From NCBI GenBank assembly GCA_029287875.1, contig JARFQH010000280.1, forward strand, positions 1 to 50,727: DNA of 50,727 nucleotides, read 5' to 3'. The DNA is from Desulfobacteraceae bacterium (lineage in GTDB: Bacteria; Desulfobacterota; Desulfobacteria; Desulfobacterales; SG8-13). Below are positions 1-8,382 of the stretch, piece by piece. Numbering within the stretch: position 1 is the first letter of the stretch; each line of letters starts with the position of its first letter. A program made the translations under genes and the position numbers. The notes under the pieces are model-generated. The model did no database searches. It saw only the letters and a program-made list of their open reading frames with translations, and was not told the origin of the DNA.

Positions 1-919
1 AAGCGCTCTGGTTTCGAAGTGTGCGGGGACGAAAAGCGCTTACCGTGCGATCCTGGCTGAGGAAAATACCCGTCAGTATCAGGAGAGCCGCCAGATACTG
101 AGTCGGTGTGAACTGCTCGCCCAAGATCAGCCAACCCAGAAGAACCGAGAAAACCGGGATCAGGTTCACAAATGCGGACGCCTGGCTGACCGGGATGCGG
201 CTGACGCCGAAATTGTAAAGCCCGTAGGCCCCAAAACTGATAAACGCCCCGAGATATATGATGGCCAACGTGCCTCCGAGATCGAACTGCAACGGCAATC
301 GGGTCGACGGCAGAAACAGAATCGGCAGGTAAAAAATGCTGCCGACGAAGGCCTGAAAAGCGGTCAGAAGTAAGGGACTGTAACGGGCAGTGAGTCTTTT
401 GAGTGTAATGATGTAACCGACGGCACACACCATGGCGACAAACTCGAGAAAATTGCCCAGAGGAGGATTGGGTGCCGACGGTGATGCTGCGCCGCTCAAG
501 CTCAGCCAGACGGCACCGCTGATGGCCAGTGCAAAGCCGAGCAACGTCTTGAGGGCAATGGTTTCTTTCAGAAATACTCGCGCGGCCACGGCAACCATCA
601 GTGGTAATAGGGCTGAGATCATACCGGCTTGGGAGGCGGCGGTGTTCTCTATCGCCTTGGCTTCAAACAGAAAATAGAGACAGGGTTCGCAAAAAGCCAT
701 GAAAAGAATCTGTTTCCAGTCTCCCCGGTGAAAGGTGACGGCCCGCCATCGGTGAATGAAGAATAGAAAACAGACGCTGGCCACCAGCATGCGGCCGAAT
801 ATCACCACCATCGGGTGATAACTGCGAAAAGCGAGTTTCAAGACGATAAACGAACTGGCCCACAGCATCATCGCCGCGACAAGTCCGGCAACTGGAAGCC
901 AGTTTGACCGAGTTTGCAT
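1..919 (-). CDS. DMT/EamA family transporter (3' end runs off the window)
   Basis: Translated by hand (not in the ORF track): MQTRSNWLPVAGLVAAMMLWASSFIVLK...FCEPCLYFLFEAKAIENTAASQAGMISALLP...YNFGVSRIPVSQASAFVNLIPVFSVLLGWLILGE. Typical two-EamA hydrophobic pattern; the frame is open to position 1. Confidence 0.85.
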   Translation of the reverse strand, partial: MQTRSNWLPVAGLVAAMMLWASSFIVLKLAFRSYHPMVVIFGRMLVASVCFLFFIHRWRAVTFHRGDWKQILFMAFCEPCLYFLFEAKAIENTAASQAGMISALLPLMVAVAARVFLKETIALKTLLGFALAISGAVWLSLSGAASPSAPNPPLGNFLEFVAMVCAVGYIITLKRLTARYSPLLLTAFQAFVGSIFYLPILFLPSTRLPLQFDLGGTLAIIYLGAFISFGAYGLYNFGVSRIPVSQASAFVNLIPVFSVLLGWLILGEQFTPTQYLAALLILTGIFLSQDRTVSAFRPRTLRNQSA

Positions 920-1256
920 CACGGGGCACCTTCACTGCCGCATTTGAAAATTCTCCGATAGATCCTTGAGGGCAAGGCGAGGCCCCTGTCGATCGAGGGA
1001 GAAAGATTCGTCCTCTACCACGATTCACGGTAAAATAAAACCTCCGTTCGAAGGCGAAAACAAAAACGAAACCGATTGGCCTTTCGTTCTACCGCACGCA
1101 TGTGGTGCTTGACGCCTCCTCATCCGACGGCTAATATGACACCGGTTACACTCTTTATTGTCGTAAAAATAAGCGGCGTTCGCATCGATACGGTCGTGAT
1201 CATTGCGGACGGTCGACTGGAATGGATTTCACATAATCGAAAGGAAGGCCCAATCA

Positions 1257-1748
1257 ATGGCTCAGCAATACTCTTCTTTATCAACCAGAGAATTTTCCGA
1301 ACTGACCGGCATTGCCGTCTCAACCGTCAATCGTCTGTTGCGGGAAGGGAAGATCAAGGGGGTGAAAACCGCCGGAAAGTGGAAAATTGACAAGACTGAA
1401 ATGACGGCCAAGGCGATTCAAGCCATCCTGAAACCGCCAGGTAAGGGGGGGGCGGCACCCGGTAAAATCGACCGGATGGCTGCCAAGAAGGAAAAGGTGA
1501 AGGGGCCGGGGGTTCCCACAGGCGGTATTTCAGCCGCCGCAGGCACAAAAGCAACCTCTGGAACCTCGGCCGACGGCGCCCAGACATATTCCGTGACCGA
1601 ATTTAGTGGTTTAACTTACCTGACCGAATACGGTGTGCTCGAATTCCTGAAAAAAGGACGTTTGCAAGGGATCAGGGATGAAAAAGGACAGTGGCGACTG
1701 GGAGCCGACAATCTCCGGAACCCCGGTATGCGTCACCTACTCCGTTGA
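1257..1748 (+). CDS. DNA-binding protein with two excisionase/MerR-like (HTH_17) winged-HTH domains
   Basis: ATG at 1257 after GAAAGGAAGG. Two similar modules, STREFSELTGIAVSTVNRLLREGKIKGVKTAGKWKI and SVTEFSGLTYLTEYGVLEFLKKGRLQGIRDEKGQWRL, are joined by a G/A/K/P-rich linker. Confidence 0.75.
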   Translation: MAQQYSSLSTREFSELTGIAVSTVNRLLREGKIKGVKTAGKWKIDKTEMTAKAIQAILKPPGKGGAAPGKIDRMAAKKEKVKGPGVPTGGISAAAGTKATSGTSADGAQTYSVTEFSGLTYLTEYGVLEFLKKGRLQGIRDEKGQWRLGADNLRNPGMRHLLR

Positions 1749-1763
1749 CATACTCCCGGCCGA

Positions 1764-2966
1764 TCATCTCTTTTGTGCCTTCGAAAAAGGCAGCGCGGCA
1801 TTCAAGTTCTCGACGACCTGCTGCTCCTGGCGGTTGATCTCGTCGATGTGCTCTTGCAGGATCTGAGCCAGGCTCGGGTCGTAGAACCGGTGCAGGCTGT
1901 GGTTGGCCACCGCTTCGAAACCACGTCGAACTTTGTGGGGCGAACCGGCGCCCGGATCGAAAAGACCGACCCCGTGACGGATCGCCCACTCGATCGGGCT
2001 GTAATAGCAGGCATTGAAATGCAGGTGATTTATTTTTCTAGCACACCCCCAGTAACGTCCGTACAATCGATCATTTTTGGTCAACAAGAAAGAAAGGCCC
2101 ACGGGGAGTTCGTTTTCCGGCCCGTCAAAAGCCGCCATCAGCAACAACCGGTGGCGGAAACGATGATGCAGGCCTTCAAAAAAAGCCTTTGTAAGGTATT
2201 TGCAACCCCATGGACCGTACTGATCATTGGTACGACTGTAATAGGTGTACATCAATGGAAATAATTGGCGGGGAATCTCCGCGCCGGTCAACGGCTTGAT
2301 GCAAATTCCGGCGCGTTCCGTGCTCCTGCGCTCACGGCGGATGTTACGGCGCTGGTTGGTGTTGAATATCGCCAGGTAATCCTCGAAAGAGTGAAAGCCT
2401 CTGTTATTCCAAGCATAACTTTGATGCTGCCAGGCGATAAACCCCAGCGACTCCATTTGTGCCTTCCATTCCGGATCGACGAAGAGAAAACTGCAGCCGA
2501 CGATTTTGTTGGTGTAACAAAAGGAATCGATGGCGTTGACCATCAACCGCGTCACCTGAGCGGCATCCGAGCTGGGATCGATCAGGAAACGGTAACCGAC
2601 CACCGGTGAGAAGGGACTCATCCCGACCAGCTTGGGATAGTAGCGAATTCCGAGACGCTGCGCCAAGTGAGCCCAGGCATGATCAAACACGAATTCACCG
2701 TCGCTGTGACCCTTGGCGTACAACGGGGCGGCACCGACGAGGCGATCTCCCGACCAGACCGTCAGATGCAACGGCTGCCAGCCCGTTTCCGCCCGCGCAC
2801 TGCCCGAATCTTCAAGCAGATGCAGCCATTCCCACTCCAGCAGCGGGGTTTTCAACGGCAGCGCGAGCGTATTCCATGCCGACCGATCAATGTCGGACAT
2901 ACGCGATTTCCAGACAATCGAGTAGGTCGGGCCGGGTTCGGCTTTGGTCGCTTTTCGAGACAACAT
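1764..2966 (-). CDS. GNAT-fold FemAB-like protein (peptidoglycan biosynthesis/recognition family)
   Basis: Motifs LEDSGSA..TGWQPLHL, PLYAKGHSDGEFVFDHAWA, YYPKL, LYGRYWG, HFNACYY, FDPGAGSPHKVRRGF. Confidence 0.85.
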   Translation of the reverse strand: MLSRKATKAEPGPTYSIVWKSRMSDIDRSAWNTLALPLKTPLLEWEWLHLLEDSGSARAETGWQPLHLTVWSGDRLVGAAPLYAKGHSDGEFVFDHAWAHLAQRLGIRYYPKLVGMSPFSPVVGYRFLIDPSSDAAQVTRLMVNAIDSFCYTNKIVGCSFLFVDPEWKAQMESLGFIAWQHQSYAWNNRGFHSFEDYLAIFNTNQRRNIRRERRSTERAGICIKPLTGAEIPRQLFPLMYTYYSRTNDQYGPWGCKYLTKAFFEGLHHRFRHRLLLMAAFDGPENELPVGLSFLLTKNDRLYGRYWGCARKINHLHFNACYYSPIEWAIRHGVGLFDPGAGSPHKVRRGFEAVANHSLHRFYDPSLAQILQEHIDEINRQEQQVVENLNAALPFSKAQKR

Positions 2967-3210
2967 GGTTCACCAACGGTCTTGCAGTTCAGTGCCGACT
3001 TTGGCCGCAAGCATCCGGTTTAATCGAAGAGGAAACTGTTAAGTTTAATAGAGACAAGGTAGGTATCTCCGAATTTCTGTCAAGCAAAAGGATGGGACGG
3101 CCAGCTGGAATGGGCAATGGGAGGCGCCGCGGCGAAGTAAGCAAAGAATCGCGCCGTCGCCGATAGCCGCTAAACGGCGTAGGGAAGAGGCTCAGAGAGG
3201 AGCGGCATCC

Positions 3211-3807
3211 TTAAAATCTTTCGATGATCTTTCCCTTGTCGATGAAGGCGGCGATGTCGTCGCGGGCATTCAGCAAAACCGTCATCGCCCGGGCAAGCTC
3301 ATCGAAAACCGGGTCTTCCTCTCCCAGCCACTCCCGCGCCTCTTTCATTATCTGCTCACCGCTTTCAAGGAATCCATTGATGCGGCTCAGCAGAGCCTTG
3401 CGCTTTTGGTGCTTTTCTTTTTCTTTTGTGATGACCGGCATCAGGCGCTGGATCGAATATTCGACCAACGCGTCGCGCGGGGTCTGAAAGTTTACCGAGG
3501 CCAGCTCCAGGCTGTTGAGTGTCCGGCGGCTGAGAACAAATGTTTTTTGAACGCGACTGGGTTCGTCGAACTTCGTTGTCTGGACTTCGCGCGCAATGAC
3601 TTCCAGCGCCTTGATATCGTCCACCAGATGATCGAAAAGGGACTTCTGTTTGATACCCAGGTGAATCGATACGGCACTCATGGTTTCAATGGCCTTGGCC
3701 GTCAGTTTGAAAGTGGCCCGCACCGACTGCCGCCCCCGCAGGTCCCGTGAAGACGGTTGTGGCAACATGTCGTCGCGGAGCTGGTTTTTATGGTTTTCAT
3801 CTTTCAT
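3211..3807 (-). CDS. Hypothetical protein with two ribbon-helix-helix-like repeats and a C-terminal coiled coil
   Basis: ATG at 3807 with GGGGAG RBS. Repeats SVRATFKLTAKAIETMSAVSIHLGIKQKSLFDHLV and RVQKTFVLSRRTLNSLELASVNFQTPRDALVEYSI. Confidence 0.6.
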   Translation of the reverse strand: MKDENHKNQLRDDMLPQPSSRDLRGRQSVRATFKLTAKAIETMSAVSIHLGIKQKSLFDHLVDDIKALEVIAREVQTTKFDEPSRVQKTFVLSRRTLNSLELASVNFQTPRDALVEYSIQRLMPVITKEKEKHQKRKALLSRINGFLESGEQIMKEAREWLGEEDPVFDELARAMTVLLNARDDIAAFIDKGKIIERF

Positions 3808-3964
3808 TTCCAAATCTCCCCTGGTCCGATGATGACGACAAATGGCCAATTACTTGATTAATTTCAAAGTTTAAGTAATAGAATATTAATTACAATTATT
3901 TGATTGTCACCATAACAAATGTATTTAGCAGAGTGTCCGGCAAATTGACAGAAAATTCAATCCG

Positions 3965-3994
3965 AAAAGGGCGGCGATGGTCAACCGCCGCCCC
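3965..3994 (-). terminator. Rho-independent terminator of dnaK
   Basis: GGGCGGCG (3969-3976) / CGCCGCCC (3986-3993) stem, followed on the minus strand by TTTT, immediately after the dnaK stop. Confidence 0.7.
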
Positions 3995-3999
3995 TATCA

Positions 4000-5919
4000 T
4001 CAGTTGACTTCCTCGTATTCGGCTTCCACGACCTCCTCGTCTCGGCTTGAGGCCGATGGATTGGCTCGCGAACGGCTTCCTTCCGGTGCGCGGTCTTGGC
4101 CGGCTCCAGCAGCCGTTGGTTGCTGATAAACCCCCTCTACAAGGCGCTGAGAAGCGTGGCGCAATTCTTCGGTCAGCCGTTTGATGTCACCCGTATCCGC
4201 GCCGTCGATGGCCCGTTTCAGGTTGGCGATAGCCTCTTCGACCCGTGACCGATCTTCCGCACCGGTCTTGCCACCCAACTCCACGAGTGACTTTTCGGTA
4301 GAGTGGATCAAGGCGTCGGCGGTATTGCGGGCCTCCACCCGATCACGCTTGAGCTGGTCTTCTTCAGTGTGCAGTTCGGCCTCTTTGACCAGCCGGTCGA
4401 TGTCTTCACGGCTGAGACCGGAAGAATGGGTGATCTTGATCGACTGCGCCTTGCCGGTGGCCTTGTTGGTGGCCGAAACCTCAACGATGCCGTTGGCGTC
4501 GATGTCGAAGGCGACCTCGATTTGCGGTACACCCCTGGCCGCGGGTGCAATCCCCGTCAACTCGAAGCGACCCAGCGTTTTGTTGTCGATCGCCATTTCA
4601 CGCTCGCCTTGCAGTACATGGATCGAGACCGCCGGTTGATTGTCCTCGGCCGTGGTGAAGATTTCGCTCTTTCGGGCCGGTATCGTGGTGTTCCTCTCGA
4701 TCAACTTGGTCATGACCCCACCCAAAGTTTCGATTCCAAGAGACAAAGGCGTGACATCCAGCAGAAGAACGTCTTTTACGTCACCTTTCAACACGGCGCC
4801 TTGAATGGCGGCCCCCAAAGCGACAACTTCATCCGGATTGACGCCTTTGTCGGGCATTTTACCGAAAATCTTCTGCACGCGCTCCTGCACCGCCGGCATG
4901 CGGGTCATACCGCCCACCAGGACCACCTCGTCGATGTCGGTGGCCGCCAAGCCGGCATCCTTGAGCGCCATGCGGCAGGGACCCTCCAACTTGTCGAGCA
5001 GGTCCGAGACCAGGTTTTCGAGTTTCGTGCGGGTGATCTTCAGGTTCAGGTGTTTGGGACCGTTGGCATCGGCCGTGATGAACGGCAAATTGACGTCGGT
5101 TTCGAATGTGCTCGATAGCTCCATCTTGGCCTTTTCGGCGGCCTCTTTGAGACGTTGCAGAGCCATTTTATCTCTTCTCAGGTCGATACCCTGATCCTTT
5201 TTAAATTCGTCGGCAAGGTAATCGATCAAGTGCAAATCGAAATCCTCACCGCCGAGATGGGTGTCGCCATTGGTCGCCTTGACCTCGAACACACCGTCCC
5301 CTATTTCGAGGATGGAAATGTCGAACGTTCCGCCACCCAGATCGAACACCGCGATTTTTTGGTCCTTTTTCTTGTCCAAACCATAGGCCAGAGAAGCCGC
5401 CGTTGGTTCGTTGATGATTCTCAGGACGTTGAGACCGGCGATTTTACCGGCATCCTTTGTCGCCTGGCGTTGGCTGTCGCTGAAATAGGCCGGAACCGTT
5501 ATGACGGCGTCGGTGACCGGTTCTCCCAAAAATTCCTCGGCCGCCTTTTTCATACCGGCCAAAATAAATGATGAAATCTCAGCCGGGCTGTAAGCTTTAC
5601 CCTTGAGATTGATTTGAACATCACCGTTTGCGGCCTTTTCAATCTTGTACGGCAGATTTTTAATGTCGTTCTGGACTTCCGTTGTATCGTATCGTCTGCC
5701 CATCAACCGCTTGACGCCGAAAACCGTATTTTCTGGATTGGTGATGGCTTGACGCTTGGCGATCTGACCCGCCAAGCGCTCACCGCCGTCGGTAATCGCC
5801 ACTATAGACGGCGTGGTTCGTCCGCCTTCGGGATTTGTTATAACCTTTGCTTCGGTTCCCTCCATTATGGCCACGCAAGAGTTGGTGGTACCGAGATCGA
5901 TTCCTATTATTTTATTCAT
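4000..5919 (-). CDS. dnaK: Molecular chaperone DnaK (Hsp70)
   Basis: Starts [17 protein letters not shown] at ATG 5919 with AAGGAGG RBS. Contains [37 protein letters not shown] and [11 protein letters not shown]. Confidence 0.97.
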   Translation of the reverse strand: MNKIIGIDLGTTNSCVAIMEGTEAKVITNPEGGRTTPSIVAITDGGERLAGQIAKRQAITNPENTVFGVKRLMGRRYDTTEVQNDIKNLPYKIEKAANGDVQINLKGKAYSPAEISSFILAGMKKAAEEFLGEPVTDAVITVPAYFSDSQRQATKDAGKIAGLNVLRIINEPTAASLAYGLDKKKDQKIAVFDLGGGTFDISILEIGDGVFEVKATNGDTHLGGEDFDLHLIDYLADEFKKDQGIDLRRDKMALQRLKEAAEKAKMELSSTFETDVNLPFITADANGPKHLNLKITRTKLENLVSDLLDKLEGPCRMALKDAGLAATDIDEVVLVGGMTRMPAVQERVQKIFGKMPDKGVNPDEVVALGAAIQGAVLKGDVKDVLLLDVTPLSLGIETLGGVMTKLIERNTTIPARKSEIFTTAEDNQPAVSIHVLQGEREMAIDNKTLGRFELTGIAPAARGVPQIEVAFDIDANGIVEVSATNKATGKAQSIKITHSSGLSREDIDRLVKEAELHTEEDQLKRDRVEARNTADALIHSTEKSLVELGGKTGAEDRSRVEEAIANLKRAIDGADTGDIKRLTEELRHASQRLVEGVYQQPTAAGAGQDRAPEGSRSRANPSASSRDEEVVEAEYEEVN

Positions 5920-6102
5920 TGAATAGTCCTCCTTGTACGGATAGAATCCTATAGGCTTTGAGATAAAGGTTTTGGACTGCGTTATCGGTCGTCGGCGTAT
6001 TACAATACAGCCTTCTCCCTCTGGCCTTGCCCAAACCTTTATCTTAAAGCCTATAGTAAGTCTTTGGTTGATCAAACAGGTCGAATTCACAAAGATGCTT
6101 TG

Positions 6103-6136
6103 TTGACAAATATAAATTTATTTTTCATTTTGTCAA
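6103..6136 (-). promoter_or_regulatory. Probable sigma70 promoter of dnaK within an inverted repeat TTGACAAA-N18-TTTGTCAA
   Basis: Minus strand TTGACA (6136-6131), 16 nt, TATATT (6114-6109). An 8-bp inverted repeat sits in the AT-rich dnaK/sppA intergenic region. Confidence 0.45.
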
Positions 6137-6308
6137 TAAAGAATAACATTATTTTTTTATATTATTTGTATAAGTAATAAAAGGGCCGAATATTTTTCCA
6201 GCCAGGTGGAAACCATTTGAGACAGGCATGAGCTTGTTTTCATGGGCTCCGTGGTTAACATGTTTTTAGAAATGGAATTGATATTCCGATTTCAGGGAAA
6301 GGGGAACA

Positions 6309-8165
6309 ATGCGAACGGTTTTAAAGTCCATCGGTCGGATAATAAACACTTTCTGGAAAGGAGTGACCGTCCTTCGGGGGGTATTCCTGAACCTGCTTTT
6401 TATTGCCCTTGTCGTTCTGGCGGTCGGTTTACTTTTATCGGGCACTGAAGATCTTTTTCCATCAGGGTCCGCACTGGTATTGGCGCCGGCTGGGAAAATC
6501 GTCGAACAATCTACCGAAACGCTGCTGGTCGATCGTTTCTACGGCACAACAACGGGGGCCGAGACGGTTCTCAGAGACCTTATCGATGGTGTCGACGCCG
6601 CCAGGAATGACCCAAAAATCAAAATCCTTGTGCTCGACCTCGAGAAACTGGAGGGGGCTGGAATCAGTCAACTGCAGGAGATCGGTGAGGCTTTGAAGCG
6701 GTTTAAAGCCGAGGGAAAAACCATTGTTGCCTTCGGTGACAGTTACGATCAGCGACAATATTATCTGGCCGCGCATGCCGATCGGCTATACCTGCATCCT
6801 ATGGGACAGGTTTGGTTGAGCGGGTTGGGGATTTACCGCCACTATTTCAAGAGTGCTTTGGACAAACTCCAGGTCGAATTTCATGTTTTCAGAGTTGGTA
6901 TCTACAAATCGGCCCTGGAACCCTTTATGCGAAACGACATGTCCGCGGATGACAGGGAATCCAACCAGGCCTGGCTGACCGTGCTGTGGGAGGCTTACAC
7001 GAGCGATGTGGCCGCCCTGCGCAGGCTGCCGGCTGAGCGAATCGACGACTACATCAACAACCTGGATGTCAACCTTGCCGAAGAAGGTGGTGACGCCGCC
7101 CGGCTGGCATTGAAGTCCGGTCTGGTAGATGAACTGAAAACCCGGGATGAGGTCAGGGATGAACTCATCCGCTTGGTTGGAGAGGATGAAAACGGGGAGA
7201 GCTATAAAAAGGTCGCGTTCGAGACTTACATTTCGAGCATGCTCCCAAAACTTCGGCGCCCTGGCACGGAAAGCAGTCGGGTCGGTCTGATTGTGGCCGA
7301 GGGCATCATTATGGACGGAAAGCAGCCTGCCGGCCGGATCGGCGCTGAATCGACGGCAGAACTGATCCGCCAGGCACGTGAGGACGAGAAAGTCAAAGCC
7401 GTGGTGCTGCGGATAGACAGCGGCGGCGGCAGTGCCGTGGCCTCTGAGATTATTCGACGCGAGCTCGAATTGACGCGCAAGACCGGTAAACCGGTCGTCG
7501 TCTCCATGAGTTCAATCGCCGCATCGGGTGCCTACTGGATTTCGGTGGCAGCCGACGAAATATGGGCCTTACCCACGACCATCACCGGTTCTATCGGAAT
7601 TTTTGCCGCCCTGCCCACATTTGATAAAACGTTGAAGGCTATCGGGATCAGCGCGGACGGTGTCGGAACAACCCGCCTGTCCGGTGCTTTCGATCTCAGC
7701 CGTCCGCTCAATCCGCTCCTCGCCGATGCACTGCAGCTGCAGATTGAAAGGGGGTATCAGCGGTTCATCGAACGGGTGAGCCGGGGGCGCAACATGGCCC
7801 CGGAGGCAGTGGAAAAAATAGCCCAGGGCCGCGTTTGGGCCGCTCAAACCGCAAAGGGCCTGGGTCTGATCGACAAATTCGGAGGACTTGAGCCGGCTGT
7901 CGTAAGTGCAGCGAAACTGGCCAAGCTTGATAAATACGACCTTGTGGTCATTGAACAACCCCTGACGGCCAGGGAGCGCCTGGTCAAAAGGCTGAGCCGG
8001 CTGATCGGCATCCTTATATCCGGCGCCAGGAGTCTCCGGGCGGAAAAGGTCCTTCACACTTTCGGGTTTGCCCTGAATGATCGTGAAATCGAAGCCGTCC
8101 TTCAGATCGGGGATCCCGGCCGCGCGTATGCGCTCTGTCTTGAGTGCTTGGCTCTCGGCGACTGA
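6309..8165 (+). CDS. sppA: Signal peptide peptidase SppA (protease IV, 67K type)
   Basis: N-terminal TM anchor; FRVGIYKSALEP (Lys), LRIDSGGGS, SMSSIAASGAYWIS (Ser), TGSIG, AQGRVW. Confidence 0.95.
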   Translation: MRTVLKSIGRIINTFWKGVTVLRGVFLNLLFIALVVLAVGLLLSGTEDLFPSGSALVLAPAGKIVEQSTETLLVDRFYGTTTGAETVLRDLIDGVDAARNDPKIKILVLDLEKLEGAGISQLQEIGEALKRFKAEGKTIVAFGDSYDQRQYYLAAHADRLYLHPMGQVWLSGLGIYRHYFKSALDKLQVEFHVFRVGIYKSALEPFMRNDMSADDRESNQAWLTVLWEAYTSDVAALRRLPAERIDDYINNLDVNLAEEGGDAARLALKSGLVDELKTRDEVRDELIRLVGEDENGESYKKVAFETYISSMLPKLRRPGTESSRVGLIVAEGIIMDGKQPAGRIGAESTAELIRQAREDEKVKAVVLRIDSGGGSAVASEIIRRELELTRKTGKPVVVSMSSIAASGAYWISVAADEIWALPTTITGSIGIFAALPTFDKTLKAIGISADGVGTTRLSGAFDLSRPLNPLLADALQLQIERGYQRFIERVSRGRNMAPEAVEKIAQGRVWAAQTAKGLGLIDKFGGLEPAVVSAAKLAKLDKYDLVVIEQPLTARERLVKRLSRLIGILISGARSLRAEKVLHTFGFALNDREIEAVLQIGDPGRAYALCLECLALGD

Positions 8166-8323
8166 CCGTTCACAATACGAAGGAAAAATCCGATGGTGAG
8201 ATTCGATTCGACTCGGAAGTCGATGTCTCAGAGGTTCCGGAGGTTCATGACAAGACCGAGGCTTATTGCATCAACTGCGCCTGGCACGGTCGTTTCGACA
8301 TGCTGAAAAAACCGAAGCCTTAA
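8162..8323 (+). pseudogene. Start-less C-terminal fragment of a small CxxC metal-binding protein
   Basis: Open frame ...DGEIRFDSEVDVSEVPEVHDKTEAYCINCAWHGRFDMLKKPKP* has no start codon or RBS between the sppA stop and the CxxC motif, and only one CxxC pair. Confidence 0.4.
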
Positions 8324-8382
8324 AAACGGCATATCACTGACGCTACGATGTCACCTCACCAAGTTGAAGTACCGGTTGTAAA

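Noticed and set aside
4000-4030. DnaK C-terminus ...EYEEVN resembling eukaryotic EEVD
   Set aside because: It matches the ordinary bacterial DAEFEEV-type tail.
5920-6090. 57-aa N-terminal extension of DnaK in the ORF track
   Set aside because: The canonical [10 protein letters not shown] start has a strong AAGGAGG RBS at 5919, so the extension is just an open frame.
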